DNA of 64,000 nt, from positions 133,894 through 197,893 of the forward strand of contig CALSZZ010000004.1 of assembly GCA_943841885.1 (NCBI GenBank), read 5' to 3'. The translations under genes and the position numbers were made by a program. The DNA comes from Candidatus Thalassarchaeaceae archaeon. GTDB lineage: Archaea > Thermoplasmatota > Poseidoniia > Poseidoniales > Thalassarchaeaceae. The notes beneath the pieces are model-generated. The model did no database searches. It had not been told where the DNA came from and saw nothing but the letters and a program-made list of their open reading frames with translations. Positions 37,804 to 47,013 of the stretch are shown here, one piece after another (position 1 is the stretch's first letter; every line of letters begins with the position of its first letter).

Positions 37804-39381
37804 TTACATTTTTAGAGTTGAGTTACCACCTTCTGGAAGAAACGGTAATTGAAGAATATCTCCGTATAGGGAAGGACCAGTGATTATAGTACCAATTATA
37901 GCCTCTTCATTTCCTGCAGCATTATGTGCTAGTGCAATCCAAGGTCGACCCGCATCGTCAATTTCAACATCTATGAAATCTCCAAATCCTCCACATCTAA
38001 TATTACCACAGTCTGGTAAAATATCTAAAGGATCTGTTGGTAAATTTACTGCTACACTTGTAATTAATGGGACTTCCCCAAAAGCATCAGTCATAATTGC
38101 CATATATCCAGACCAACCTCCTCCTACTGATTCATTCCAATCAAAAGATTCACCAATATATCCTATTACTACCTTTCCTGAATCTCCTGCAAATATAGTT
38201 GGAAAACCAGTTTCATTAACTCCAGGGGCTGCCACCATCATTGGAGCACTCCAAGTTTCACCTTTATCCCTTGAGTAAGAATACCATGGCATCATATCTG
38301 TAGAAATCCAAGTTGCATGTACATTTCCAGATTCATCGACAGCAACCGCAACTTCATGAGAATGCCAACCCTGTTGCATACCTACTTCAGTAGTAATTGT
38401 ATTTTCACTCCATGTGTAGCCACCATCATGGGATGCATACACTGCAGGCCCTTCACAAGAGGGATTACCTCGATATATTGAACCATCAGAACCTCCGGCC
38501 ACATGACCATGTAGTCCTGAACATTGATTTCCAAAACTTTCAGTAGGATAACCTATTTGTTGAGCATCCCAAGTGTGCCCACCATCTAGCGACCTAGAAC
38601 ATTGAGCACCTAAAGCAGGAGAACCAGTATTTATACAATATACATAAACTACTTCTCCAATGATTGCATTCTCATGAGGAACTGATGCTATACTTTGATG
38701 ATCCTGTGGTGCATAATAACCTTCAACAGGAAACGGAACACTCCAAGACTCACCATCATCATCAGAATATTCTACAAACATTGCAGCCAAGGCATGCATA
38801 TCGAATTTAACCAACTTATCATTAAATTTATCAACGTAGAGATATGGATCATTTGAATTTGGAGTTTGACCAGAATCATCATCAACCTGATTGAAAGGCC
38901 CTACATCTTCCCAAGTTTGACCCTGATCCCTTGACCTGATTATATGGGTACCATCTCCAAGGCCGTTATAGTTAGTAAAGAAAATCGCTCCAGAAGAAGT
39001 AATACCAAGAGTCGGCTCAAAGGTATCCCAACCAGTACCGTAGTAAGTACCACTTGTGAAGTAAGGAATATTCATACCAGTTAAATTAACAGTTAAGTTA
39101 GCGTTTGCAACTTCAATAGGATTAGTTGCATCTATCGCTCTTGGATTAATAGTACTCCCAGCATAATGATACCATGTTGTTATTGGTATTTCACCTTCAG
39201 GAAAGATAAAAACACTATCTTCCAATATCTCCATATCCGATTTAGACCCAAAACATCCAGTTAAAGTTGAACACAAAACTATACTCGTAATTAGTATGGC
39301 GACATTGCGCATGGCTGTCACACCACCTACCCATTGAAAAAATAATGTTTTTATTGAAGTATTAATCCCATCTATTTTCAA
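37804..39381 (-). CDS. BNR (Asp-box) repeat lipoprotein with predicted beta-propeller fold, paralog 2
   Basis: Lipobox LTGC. Asp-boxes SRDQGQTWED, SDDDGESWSV, SLDGGHTWDA, SHDGGYTWSE and SRDKGETWSA are present. The C-terminus reads FLPEGGNSTLKM. It is collinear with paralog 1. Confidence 0.65.
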   Translation of the reverse strand: MKIDGINTSIKTLFFQWVGGVTAMRNVAILITSIVLCSTLTGCFGSKSDMEILEDSVFIFPEGEIPITTWYHYAGSTINPRAIDATNPIEVANANLTVNLTGMNIPYFTSGTYYGTGWDTFEPTLGITSSGAIFFTNYNGLGDGTHIIRSRDQGQTWEDVGPFNQVDDDSGQTPNSNDPYLYVDKFNDKLVKFDMHALAAMFVEYSDDDGESWSVPFPVEGYYAPQDHQSIASVPHENAIIGEVVYVYCINTGSPALGAQCSRSLDGGHTWDAQQIGYPTESFGNQCSGLHGHVAGGSDGSIYRGNPSCEGPAVYASHDGGYTWSENTITTEVGMQQGWHSHEVAVAVDESGNVHATWISTDMMPWYSYSRDKGETWSAPMMVAAPGVNETGFPTIFAGDSGKVVIGYIGESFDWNESVGGGWSGYMAIMTDAFGEVPLITSVAVNLPTDPLDILPDCGNIRCGGFGDFIDVEIDDAGRPWIALAHNAAGNEEAIIGTIITGPSLYGDILQLPFLPEGGNSTLKM

Positions 39382-40393
39382 GTATATCCGGTATTGTTTC
39401 CAATATTGTTATTTCAGGATCTTTCCATGATAGTCCCAAATCTTTTTTCGCGGGAGATGCATCCCAGAATAATTTATTCTTAAGATGTGTTCTTGCCCAG
39501 GATATAGTTATTTTGGGGTGGAAAGCGGCAACAATAAGTGCTAGACTGTAAGGTATCACCCTAACCGGCCATTTTCTTTTAGGATAGTTTTTTTTCAGTA
39601 AGTTTGCTATATCCTTCCACATCATTTCTCCTGCAACCGTCAAGTATCGGCCTCCATCTTCTCCATTTGTTAATGCACTGACATGTGCTTCAGCAACATC
39701 CCTAACATCAACAATACTTATTTGCAATGGTAGAACAAATGGTAGTTTTCTTTTAACTAATAGCATTATCATTGAAAGAGACCCATATAAATGTCTTTGA
39801 GACATCGGTGGACCGAATACCATGCACGGATGAATAGTTACCATCCTTGGCCGAAACTCTATATTTTTACTTCTATGCCAATTTCTTACTAGCATTTCTG
39901 CACTATATTTCGCCAGTCCATATGGGTTTTTTTCTAATGTAGCATCCTCTGCAAATGTATCAGTTGTTAATGTCATTCCATTCTTCCAAGAAGCAGGTCT
40001 TATAGCTGCAGTAGAGGAGGTATGAATGAAATTTTTTACTGAAATATTATTATCTATTGCATTAAGTATATTTTTTGTTCCTATTACACTAGGATCCACA
40101 ATATCTTTTTGAGGATTTTTTGACTTAACTAGTACCGCTGCTGCTGTATGTATTATATCAGTACAATTTGAAATTGCATCATTTACACTATCAGTCTTTA
40201 GTAAATCCATCTCAATAATCTCTAGTGAACCATTATTTTTTATGGGTAAATCATACAAATGCTGTGTTCTTTGAGGATCTGTAATGTCTCTAACGGTGGC
40301 CCTTACATTTCTACCTTTTAACAAGAGATTTGCCACGATATGACTACCAATATAACCACTTGCTCCGGTAACAACTACGAGGTCCTTTACCAT
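39362..40393 (-). CDS. NAD(P)-dependent epimerase/dehydratase (extended SDR; cinnamoyl-CoA/dihydroflavonol reductase-like)
   Basis: Contains the Rossmann motif VVTGASGYIGSHIV and the YGLAK (YxxxK) catalytic motif. Confidence 0.75.
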   Translation of the reverse strand: MVKDLVVVTGASGYIGSHIVANLLLKGRNVRATVRDITDPQRTQHLYDLPIKNNGSLEIIEMDLLKTDSVNDAISNCTDIIHTAAAVLVKSKNPQKDIVDPSVIGTKNILNAIDNNISVKNFIHTSSTAAIRPASWKNGMTLTTDTFAEDATLEKNPYGLAKYSAEMLVRNWHRSKNIEFRPRMVTIHPCMVFGPPMSQRHLYGSLSMIMLLVKRKLPFVLPLQISIVDVRDVAEAHVSALTNGEDGGRYLTVAGEMMWKDIANLLKKNYPKRKWPVRVIPYSLALIVAAFHPKITISWARTHLKNKLFWDASPAKKDLGLSWKDPEITILETIPDILENRWD

Positions 40394-40429
40394 GTCTTGC
40401 CGAAGTATATCTAATGATTGAGTCTTGCC

Positions 40430-41863
40430 CTAAACTAGGTCTTCACCTAAATAGAATAATAATTCTGTCAACTCTTTGTTTTCAGGAAACAACTCTACTG
40501 CTTTTTGAGCCGTGAAGAAGGCAGAAATATCCTGTTCCAACTCAATTTGTGATCTTGTCAAATTAGTATATGCGACCCATCTCTTAGAGTAATTTTTCGA
40601 TGCTATAGCCTCTCTAAACCAATTAACTGCATTCTTGACATCATCTTTTTTCATTAGTATTTCTCCAATTTCATTCCATGCTTCTCCAAAATTAGGATCG
40701 GTTTCGATAGCTTTTCTTTGCCAAGCCAGAGAATCTTGATTATCTATTGAATAAGTCATACCTAGATAGCAAGCCGCTTCAGCAGAAGGCGATAGTAAGT
40801 AAGACATTCCATGATGCTCAGCTGCAATCCTAAATACTCCAATTTTTTGAAGAACATGACCCATTTTAAATAAGTCTTTAGCTATTGAATCTTTTAAAGA
40901 AATATTATCTGTTTCTAATAATATGTCTGAAGTATTCCACACTTCTTTAATAATTTCGAGCAATGATTCTGGCCCAAGCCTATCTCTAATTGGATTATCA
41001 TTGGCATGTAACCAAGCTTCTCTAGTAGCTTCTGGACTTTCTTCAATACTATTTTTAATGATATTTCTTTCAAACACAGAACTCCCACAAAGTATATTTT
41101 CAGAATAACGATCTAGCATATCAACATTCCACAAAGTTATGTGTTGACATCTAATCTCTCCAAATTCTTCTTTAGTTATTTTTTGAAGTACTGTAGAATT
41201 ATTACTTCCAATTGGAGCCCATATTTGACCATTCATGTCTATTTTACTTAACAAATTTGTAGGTATTGTAGTCAAACCCCCAGTAATTATTACCTTATCC
41301 AATAAAATATCATTTTTATTATCTATATATTCTAAACCACACCATTCTATATCACAATTCAATGCTTTCGCTACAATATCTAAGCGCAAACTTTCCCATC
41401 TATTTTGCAAAACCTCTCTTCTTACATCATCAATTTCTAATATAGTTATCTTTTTGACACCCATATGTAGTATAATTTCTGTCCACCAATTACCTCTTGG
41501 ACCTACTAATAATATACTATCATTAGTTTCAATTCCAATCATTTGAAAGATATGACCAGTTTCAAATAAGCCAGGTAAGAGAGAGTTGGGTTTTTCCAAA
41601 TCAATCCACCAAGGCAATTTTAACGCACTGCTCTCAATATTCTCTATTCTTATTGAGAGTGGAAGTGAATGTATTTCCCTAGGAGTCTTGGATAAGGCAT
41701 CTTTAACTACAGAATCTTCTAGAGTCCCCATAAATGCCAATCTTTCTATTGCTTCTGATTGAGAACATAATTTTGGCCAAGAAAAAACTTCAGGCAATAA
41801 CTCCAAATCGCAATTCGAAATGTCCCGAACTCGCCAATCCCTTTCCATGACATTCAGTAGCAT
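40430..41863 (-). CDS. Hypothetical protein with a PIMT-like (protein-L-isoaspartate O-methyltransferase-like) central domain and C-terminal TPR repeats
   Basis: ILLVGPRGNWW...ITILEIDD...DKVIITGGLTTIPTNLLSKIDMNGQIWAPIG parallels PIMT (LEIGTGSGY...[31 protein letters not shown]) but the SAM GxGxG motif is degenerate. The C-terminus has TPR-like helices. Confidence 0.4.
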   Translation of the reverse strand: MLLNVMERDWRVRDISNCDLELLPEVFSWPKLCSQSEAIERLAFMGTLEDSVVKDALSKTPREIHSLPLSIRIENIESSALKLPWWIDLEKPNSLLPGLFETGHIFQMIGIETNDSILLVGPRGNWWTEIILHMGVKKITILEIDDVRREVLQNRWESLRLDIVAKALNCDIEWCGLEYIDNKNDILLDKVIITGGLTTIPTNLLSKIDMNGQIWAPIGSNNSTVLQKITKEEFGEIRCQHITLWNVDMLDRYSENILCGSSVFERNIIKNSIEESPEATREAWLHANDNPIRDRLGPESLLEIIKEVWNTSDILLETDNISLKDSIAKDLFKMGHVLQKIGVFRIAAEHHGMSYLLSPSAEAACYLGMTYSIDNQDSLAWQRKAIETDPNFGEAWNEIGEILMKKDDVKNAVNWFREAIASKNYSKRWVAYTNLTRSQIELEQDISAFFTAQKAVELFPENKELTELLFYLGEDLV

Positions 41864-41917
41864 TCGATGCTATTGAATGCAACCCACAATTCTTCTCTAC
41901 AGATACTAATTTTATTA

Positions 41918-42706
41918 CTATCTAACTAACTCATCTATCGAATTTACAACTAAATCTGGTTCGTGTGAATATAATTCTAAGTCTTTTTTAGTTGCTTCTC
42001 CTGAAAGAACTAATATTGATTTAACATTTGCTTTTTTAGCCATTTCCATATCTGTGTAAAGACGATCACCTACCATCGCACATTTTTCGGTAAGTAACCC
42101 CAAATCATTTATTTTATGAAGAATCATTTGAGGGTTTGGCTTACCACAAATATGGGTTGGCTTAACTCCAGTTGTTGCCTCGAATAAAGCCATAAAGGCA
42201 CCATTATCTGGTAAACCACCCAAAGGAGATGGACAAACCATATCTGGATGACTAGCGACTAATTTAACACCATTATGGAGATGATAGGACGCCTTAGATA
42301 ACTTATCATAATTTATCTCTGTATCATATCCAAGTACCACATATTCTGGATCTTCAGACCTTGTATCGATATTTTCTTTCTCTAACATTTCTTGCATACC
42401 AACAGTACCAACAAGGAATGTTTGAGAAACATTATTAATTTTTAACCAAGATATTAAATCATGTGTAGATAATATAATATCTTCTTTTATAGCAGGAATT
42501 TCCATATTGTTTAATTTTTCTAAATATTGATCTACAGATTTGCTAGAATTATTTGATAAGAAAAAATATTTTATATTTTTATTCTTTAATCTCTTTAAGA
42601 AATCTATAGCACCCGAAATCAATTCTCCTCCCAAGTAAATTGTACCATCTAAATCTAAAAAAACACAATCTATATCATCTAAAGAAGCATTTAATTTATA
42701 TTTCAA
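41918..42706 (-). CDS. HAD-superfamily hydrolase, subfamily IIA (NagD-like sugar/nitrophenyl phosphatase)
   Basis: Contains motif I FLDLDGTIY, the C2 cap domain and motif IV MVGDRLYTDMEMA. Confidence 0.8.
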   Translation of the reverse strand: MKYKLNASLDDIDCVFLDLDGTIYLGGELISGAIDFLKRLKNKNIKYFFLSNNSSKSVDQYLEKLNNMEIPAIKEDIILSTHDLISWLKINNVSQTFLVGTVGMQEMLEKENIDTRSEDPEYVVLGYDTEINYDKLSKASYHLHNGVKLVASHPDMVCPSPLGGLPDNGAFMALFEATTGVKPTHICGKPNPQMILHKINDLGLLTEKCAMVGDRLYTDMEMAKKANVKSILVLSGEATKKDLELYSHEPDLVVNSIDELVR

Positions 42707-42715
42707 AAAGACACC

Positions 42716-44074
42716 TCAAGGTAATAGTAGAGCTTTTACTACAAACCATTTACTATATACTCCACCAGACGCTTCTTTACCGGCAATCATTTCAGTCATC
42801 ATTTCTCTAATGGCTTCTTTTTTTGATGCCTTTTTCATGAACCAATTCATTAACCATTTCTTTTTGACCACCTTTTGAAGTGAATAAGAATTAGTTAATT
42901 CAGGCCCCAACTTATCCCATAGTTCCTTCATGTATATTTCGGCAGACTCTTCACTAAAGCCAGAACTATGTAAAGAATCATCGAAAATTTCCGATGTCAT
43001 TTTAGCAGAAACTAATGCGTTTCCGATACCTTCTCCACTAAATGGATCTACTAAACTAGCGGCATCTCCAACACACATCGCTCCAGCCATCGCACTTCTT
43101 CTTGGCTGATATGAAGGAGCAGATTTTCTTGGAGAACCAAAAGGTATTTGCCATCCCTTTTCTGTTCCTTCAACTAATCTGGCACCTTCAAAACGCTCTT
43201 TGAAAATAGGATGATTTTCTATAACATTTTTTTGCATTTTTTTCAAAGACTTTTTTATTCCATGCTGCTTTCTTTGTTCAGATATTACCATCCCTATGCC
43301 AACATTTACAGTACCATCATTTACAGGAAATATCCAAAAATATCCTGGATTAACTTCATCGATAAAGTGAATCTCTATAGAACCAGAATCTCCTTCACAA
43401 CCCTTTACATTTGTCCAATATTCTCGGTATGCTCCACAATAATGTTCGATATCTCTCATTGGCTCCTGATGAATTTCTTCGGTAATTGTTTTAGCTACAG
43501 GGCAATTATAACCTCCTGCACCAATCGTCACAGGTGAATTAAAACTGAATTCCTCTCCCTCACTATTTTTGCCTGTCACCCCGGTTATTCTTTTGACACC
43601 ACCTTCATCGGTTACTTTGATATCCTTAACTGAGAATCCTTGTATGACACTCCCTCCATTTTCTAGAACTATTTCTGTAGCTCTTTTGAACATCATGTAA
43701 TCAAATTGTATTCTAGGTAGAGAATAGCCAGCTTCTAACTTTTCAAAAGCTTCTTTTGGTAAATCAATTTTTACATTCGTCCCATTAGAAGAACTCATAA
43801 CTATAGAATCAACTCGAAAATGAGGTGTTTTTTCTATCATAACCTTAACTCCTAACTCTTTTACATGACGCAGCGATTTCCCTCCTACTGCGTCTCCACA
43901 GATTTTATCTCTTGGCCAAAATTCTTTTTCTAAAAGTAGCACTTTTCTGCCCTTCATTGCATTATATGAAGCAGCAGCAGATCCTCCAGGGCCCCCTCCA
44001 ACAACTATAACATCAAAACGAGTATTAGTATTTGGGCACAATCCAACATTTATTGGTTCAGTCCAGTCTTCCAT
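42716..44074 (-). CDS. FAD-dependent geranylgeranyl reductase family protein (archaeal lipid saturase-like)
   Basis: Contains DVIVVGGGPGGSAAA (FAD GxGxxG) and RDKICGDAV (GGR family), with later GDAA-type FAD-binding. Confidence 0.75.
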   Translation of the reverse strand: MEDWTEPINVGLCPNTNTRFDVIVVGGGPGGSAAASYNAMKGRKVLLLEKEFWPRDKICGDAVGGKSLRHVKELGVKVMIEKTPHFRVDSIVMSSSNGTNVKIDLPKEAFEKLEAGYSLPRIQFDYMMFKRATEIVLENGGSVIQGFSVKDIKVTDEGGVKRITGVTGKNSEGEEFSFNSPVTIGAGGYNCPVAKTITEEIHQEPMRDIEHYCGAYREYWTNVKGCEGDSGSIEIHFIDEVNPGYFWIFPVNDGTVNVGIGMVISEQRKQHGIKKSLKKMQKNVIENHPIFKERFEGARLVEGTEKGWQIPFGSPRKSAPSYQPRRSAMAGAMCVGDAASLVDPFSGEGIGNALVSAKMTSEIFDDSLHSSGFSEESAEIYMKELWDKLGPELTNSYSLQKVVKKKWLMNWFMKKASKKEAIREMMTEMIAGKEASGGVYSKWFVVKALLLP

Positions 44075-44157
44075 GCCTTCTCACCATGTCACCGGAGAAG
44101 GCACATCCATTCAAAGTCTACCATTGACTTGATTCGTTAACCCCCCTTCAGAGTGGT

Positions 44158-44472
44158 ATGGATAAAACAATGTGGCTAGTGCAAACAACCCTCCCAGGAA
44201 ATATGATCGAACCAATGATTGGTGATTGGTCTACAGATTTCGTTAGAGATGGCTTAACTAAATGTGTTCAAAGGAGTAGGATAAATTCTATTTATGAATG
44301 GGGGAAAAATATTCAAAATTCTGAAGAGTGGCGATTACAAATGAAGGTAACAAATAATAATAAAGATATTTTAATCAAACTTATCAAGGAAAAACATCCA
44401 TATGATTTACCTCAAATAATATATTGGAAAGTAGAAGCTACATCTGATTATGCAAGATGGGTTGAAGAATAA
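44158..44472 (+). CDS. cutA: Divalent-cation tolerance protein CutA
   Basis: 104 aa. ...SIYEWGKNIQNSEEWRLQMKV...KHPYDLPQIIYWKV matches CutA1 (SIYrWkGeieed.E..lllKT...lHPYEvPEii). Confidence 0.75.
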   Translation: MDKTMWLVQTTLPGNMIEPMIGDWSTDFVRDGLTKCVQRSRINSIYEWGKNIQNSEEWRLQMKVTNNNKDILIKLIKEKHPYDLPQIIYWKVEATSDYARWVEE

Positions 44473-44490
44473 TACCTTCACGCACATACA

Positions 44491-45156
44491 ATGGATTGGA
44501 ACAATCTCCTCAAACCAGCAAAAAAAGTTCCAGACACAAGTTGGAGCTCTCCAGATCCAATGTCATTGAAACCTAAAATTAGTACACTTACCATCTTGAT
44601 TATTGGGTTATGGATTTTTGGAACCGGAGATGCGATTATCGTTGCTGCAGGATTAGGTGTAGCTCCTTGGACCGTTCTTGCACAAGGTATAGCAGAACAA
44701 ATCAATTGGACATTAGGACAAACAACATTCCTAGTGAGCGTAATAGTTCTTTTTTTATGGATTCCAATAAAAGAGAGGCCTGGACTAGGTACAATTTTGA
44801 ATGCTGTCTTAATTGCACTAGCAATAGATGTGATGATGCCATATCTACCTAATCCAGATTCGTATATCTTTCAAATGATACAAGTTTTGATTGGTACCAT
44901 ATTTGTTGGTATTGGAAGTGGACTATATCTAACTGCTAATCTAGGACCAGGACCTCGGGATGGATGGATGACGGGTATTCAGAGAATAACAAATATCCCT
45001 ATTGCTAGAGTAAGAGCAAGTATCGAGATAATAGTATTATTTTTAGGTTATTATCTTGGGGGAACATTGGGTATTGGAACTATAATTTTTGCATTATTAA
45101 TCGGGCATATAGTCGCTATTTCTCTACAATTAACAGGCCGTTTTGGTGGAAATTAA
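44491..45156 (+). CDS. Hypothetical polytopic membrane protein (YczE/YitT-like, about 6 TM)
   Basis: The family call rests on hydrophobicity pattern and size only. Confidence 0.35.
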   Translation: MDWNNLLKPAKKVPDTSWSSPDPMSLKPKISTLTILIIGLWIFGTGDAIIVAAGLGVAPWTVLAQGIAEQINWTLGQTTFLVSVIVLFLWIPIKERPGLGTILNAVLIALAIDVMMPYLPNPDSYIFQMIQVLIGTIFVGIGSGLYLTANLGPGPRDGWMTGIQRITNIPIARVRASIEIIVLFLGYYLGGTLGIGTIIFALLIGHIVAISLQLTGRFGGN

Positions 45157-45205
45157 ATTTTTTCCTATCCGTTTATTTGATTCGTGAAGACCTCTTCGGT
45201 CAAGT

Positions 45206-46408
45206 ATGGCCAACACAGACAACAACAAGAAATTTGGAACCAATGCGATTCATTCGGGTACAAACCCTATCGGTGGAGGAGTAAACACTCCTGTTTTCTT
45301 ATCTTCAACATATCATCTTTCTGATGAAAGATATGCTGGTTGGGCAGCAGGGGCACAACATACAATGTTATATTCTAGATTATCAAGTGTAAATTCAGAA
45401 GCTGTGGCTTCTAAATTGGTTGCCCTAGAAGGAGCTGAAGATGGAGAAGTATTCGCAAGTGGAATGGCTGCAATTTCTACAACTCTACTAGGTCTTCTAA
45501 GTAGTGGAGATCATATTATCGCGAGCCCTGATGTATATGGAGGGACATATGGTTTATTGACAGAGGATTTACCACGTTTTGGAATTGAAGTAACAATGGC
45601 CGATATCAGAGATCCTTCTTCATATGAGGCCGCTATTAAAGATAATACAAAAATGATTTATGTAGAAACACTAACAAATCCAGTTTTGAAAGTATGCGAT
45701 CTAGATGCAATGGCCGATATAGCGAAACGACACAATCTAATTTCTGTCGTAGACAATACGTTCGCATCACCTTGGGGGTGTAACCCCATTAAGCATGGTT
45801 TTGATTTAGTTATTCATTCAGGTACAAAATATTTAGGAGGTCATTCAGATTTAATTGCAGGACTTGTAGTTGGTAAAAAAGAACTAATTGCAAGTATATT
45901 TCCTAAAAAAGTTCATTTTGGAGGAGCAGCAGATCCTCATATGTGCTATTTATTGGAAAGAGGTATGAGAACATTACATGTAAGAATGCCAATCCATACA
46001 TCAAATGCTAAAGAGTTAGCTAGTAGATTATCGGATCATACTATGATTGAAAATGTGAACCATGTTTCTTTACCAAATTTTTCAGATTATAAATTAGCAA
46101 AAGAGATAATGCCTAGAGGAAGTGGCATGATATCTTTTGTAATCAAAGGGGGTGATGCAGCAGCTTTGAAATTCATGAAATCACTAGGAATGATACTGGA
46201 AGCAACAAGCCTTGGAGGAGTAGAAAGTTTAGTCGAGTGCCCGTTCAACTCTAGTCATATGTTTATCCCTGAAGATGTAAGAAATGAAGCAGGGATTGTC
46301 TCAGGATTTGTACGTATGAGCGTGGGAATAGAAGATATTGAAGATATTTGGGCGGATGTAAATCAGGCCCTATTAACCACTGAAAACTTTGTTACGAGTA
46401 TTGCTTGA
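45206..46408 (+). CDS. PLP-dependent Cys/Met metabolism enzyme (cystathionine gamma-synthase / gamma-lyase / methionine gamma-lyase family)
   Basis: The PLP lysine lies in HSGTKYLGGHSD. The GMAAIS and SLGGVESL fold I gamma-family signatures are present. Confidence 0.85.
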   Translation: MANTDNNKKFGTNAIHSGTNPIGGGVNTPVFLSSTYHLSDERYAGWAAGAQHTMLYSRLSSVNSEAVASKLVALEGAEDGEVFASGMAAISTTLLGLLSSGDHIIASPDVYGGTYGLLTEDLPRFGIEVTMADIRDPSSYEAAIKDNTKMIYVETLTNPVLKVCDLDAMADIAKRHNLISVVDNTFASPWGCNPIKHGFDLVIHSGTKYLGGHSDLIAGLVVGKKELIASIFPKKVHFGGAADPHMCYLLERGMRTLHVRMPIHTSNAKELASRLSDHTMIENVNHVSLPNFSDYKLAKEIMPRGSGMISFVIKGGDAAALKFMKSLGMILEATSLGGVESLVECPFNSSHMFIPEDVRNEAGIVSGFVRMSVGIEDIEDIWADVNQALLTTENFVTSIA

Positions 46409-46416
46409 GGTTTGTT

Positions 46417-47013
46417 ATGACTTCAACCGGTTTGCTTGCAATTTTAATTTTCATTATACCAATGTGTTTCACACCCGGACCTAATAATTTATTATGTGCT
46501 GCACATGGTTCTCAACATGGATTTCGTCGTACAATTCCTCTTACAATAGGAATGGCAATTGGCTGGAGTACGTTGGGAATATTTGTTGCTATAGCCGCTG
46601 ATTATATTGAAGAAGAACAAGAGATATTTCGTATACTAACTTATTTTGGAGCCGTATACATATCTTACTTAGCATATAATATAGCTACATCTTCTACGGT
46701 TAAAGATGAATACAGTACAGAACTTTTGGGGATAAAAACTGGAATATTATTACAGGTAGTAAATGGGAAAGCTTGGATACATTTTTTGGTACTGATGGCT
46801 ATCCCATTTACTCTTTTTGGTACGGGTTTAAGTGGTAAAATAGCATTAGTTTTTTTAAATTTATTTTTTGGGCTTCCAGCGGTTTTAAGCTGGTCTTATT
46901 TTGGAACCATATTAAGAAAGTTTTTCAATTCACCTTCCAAAGTAAAGTGGCTCAATTATTCACTAGGAATTTCTCTTTTTGGGGTAGCACTATGGATTGC
47001 TTTACCTCATTAA
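46417..47013 (+). CDS. LysE/RhtB-type (homoserine/threonine/cysteine) exporter
   Basis: 6 TM helices. The N-terminus ILIFIIPMCFTPGPNN is the LysE signature (TPGPN). It directly follows the PLP enzyme. The track start at 46405 is a TTG; an ATG is present at about 46417. Confidence 0.6.
   Translation: MTSTGLLAILIFIIPMCFTPGPNNLLCAAHGSQHGFRRTIPLTIGMAIGWSTLGIFVAIAADYIEEEQEIFRILTYFGAVYISYLAYNIATSSTVKDEYSTELLGIKTGILLQVVNGKAWIHFLVLMAIPFTLFGTGLSGKIALVFLNLFFGLPAVLSWSYFGTILRKFFNSPSKVKWLNYSLGISLFGVALWIALPH

Noticed and set aside
36437-38278. Plus-strand ORFs inside the BNR lipoprotein genes
   Set aside because: They are antisense. The BNR Asp-boxes define the true frames.
40923-41546. Plus-strand ORFs inside the PIMT-like/TPR gene
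   Set aside because: They are antisense to the PIMT-like/TPR gene.
43211-43537. 108-aa plus-strand ORF
   Set aside because: It is antisense to geranylgeranyl reductase.
44478-44852. ORFs 44478..44705 (minus) and 44610..44852 (plus)
   Set aside because: They overlap the 221-aa membrane-protein gene antisense or out of frame. The membrane-protein frame is the longest and is hydropathy-consistent.
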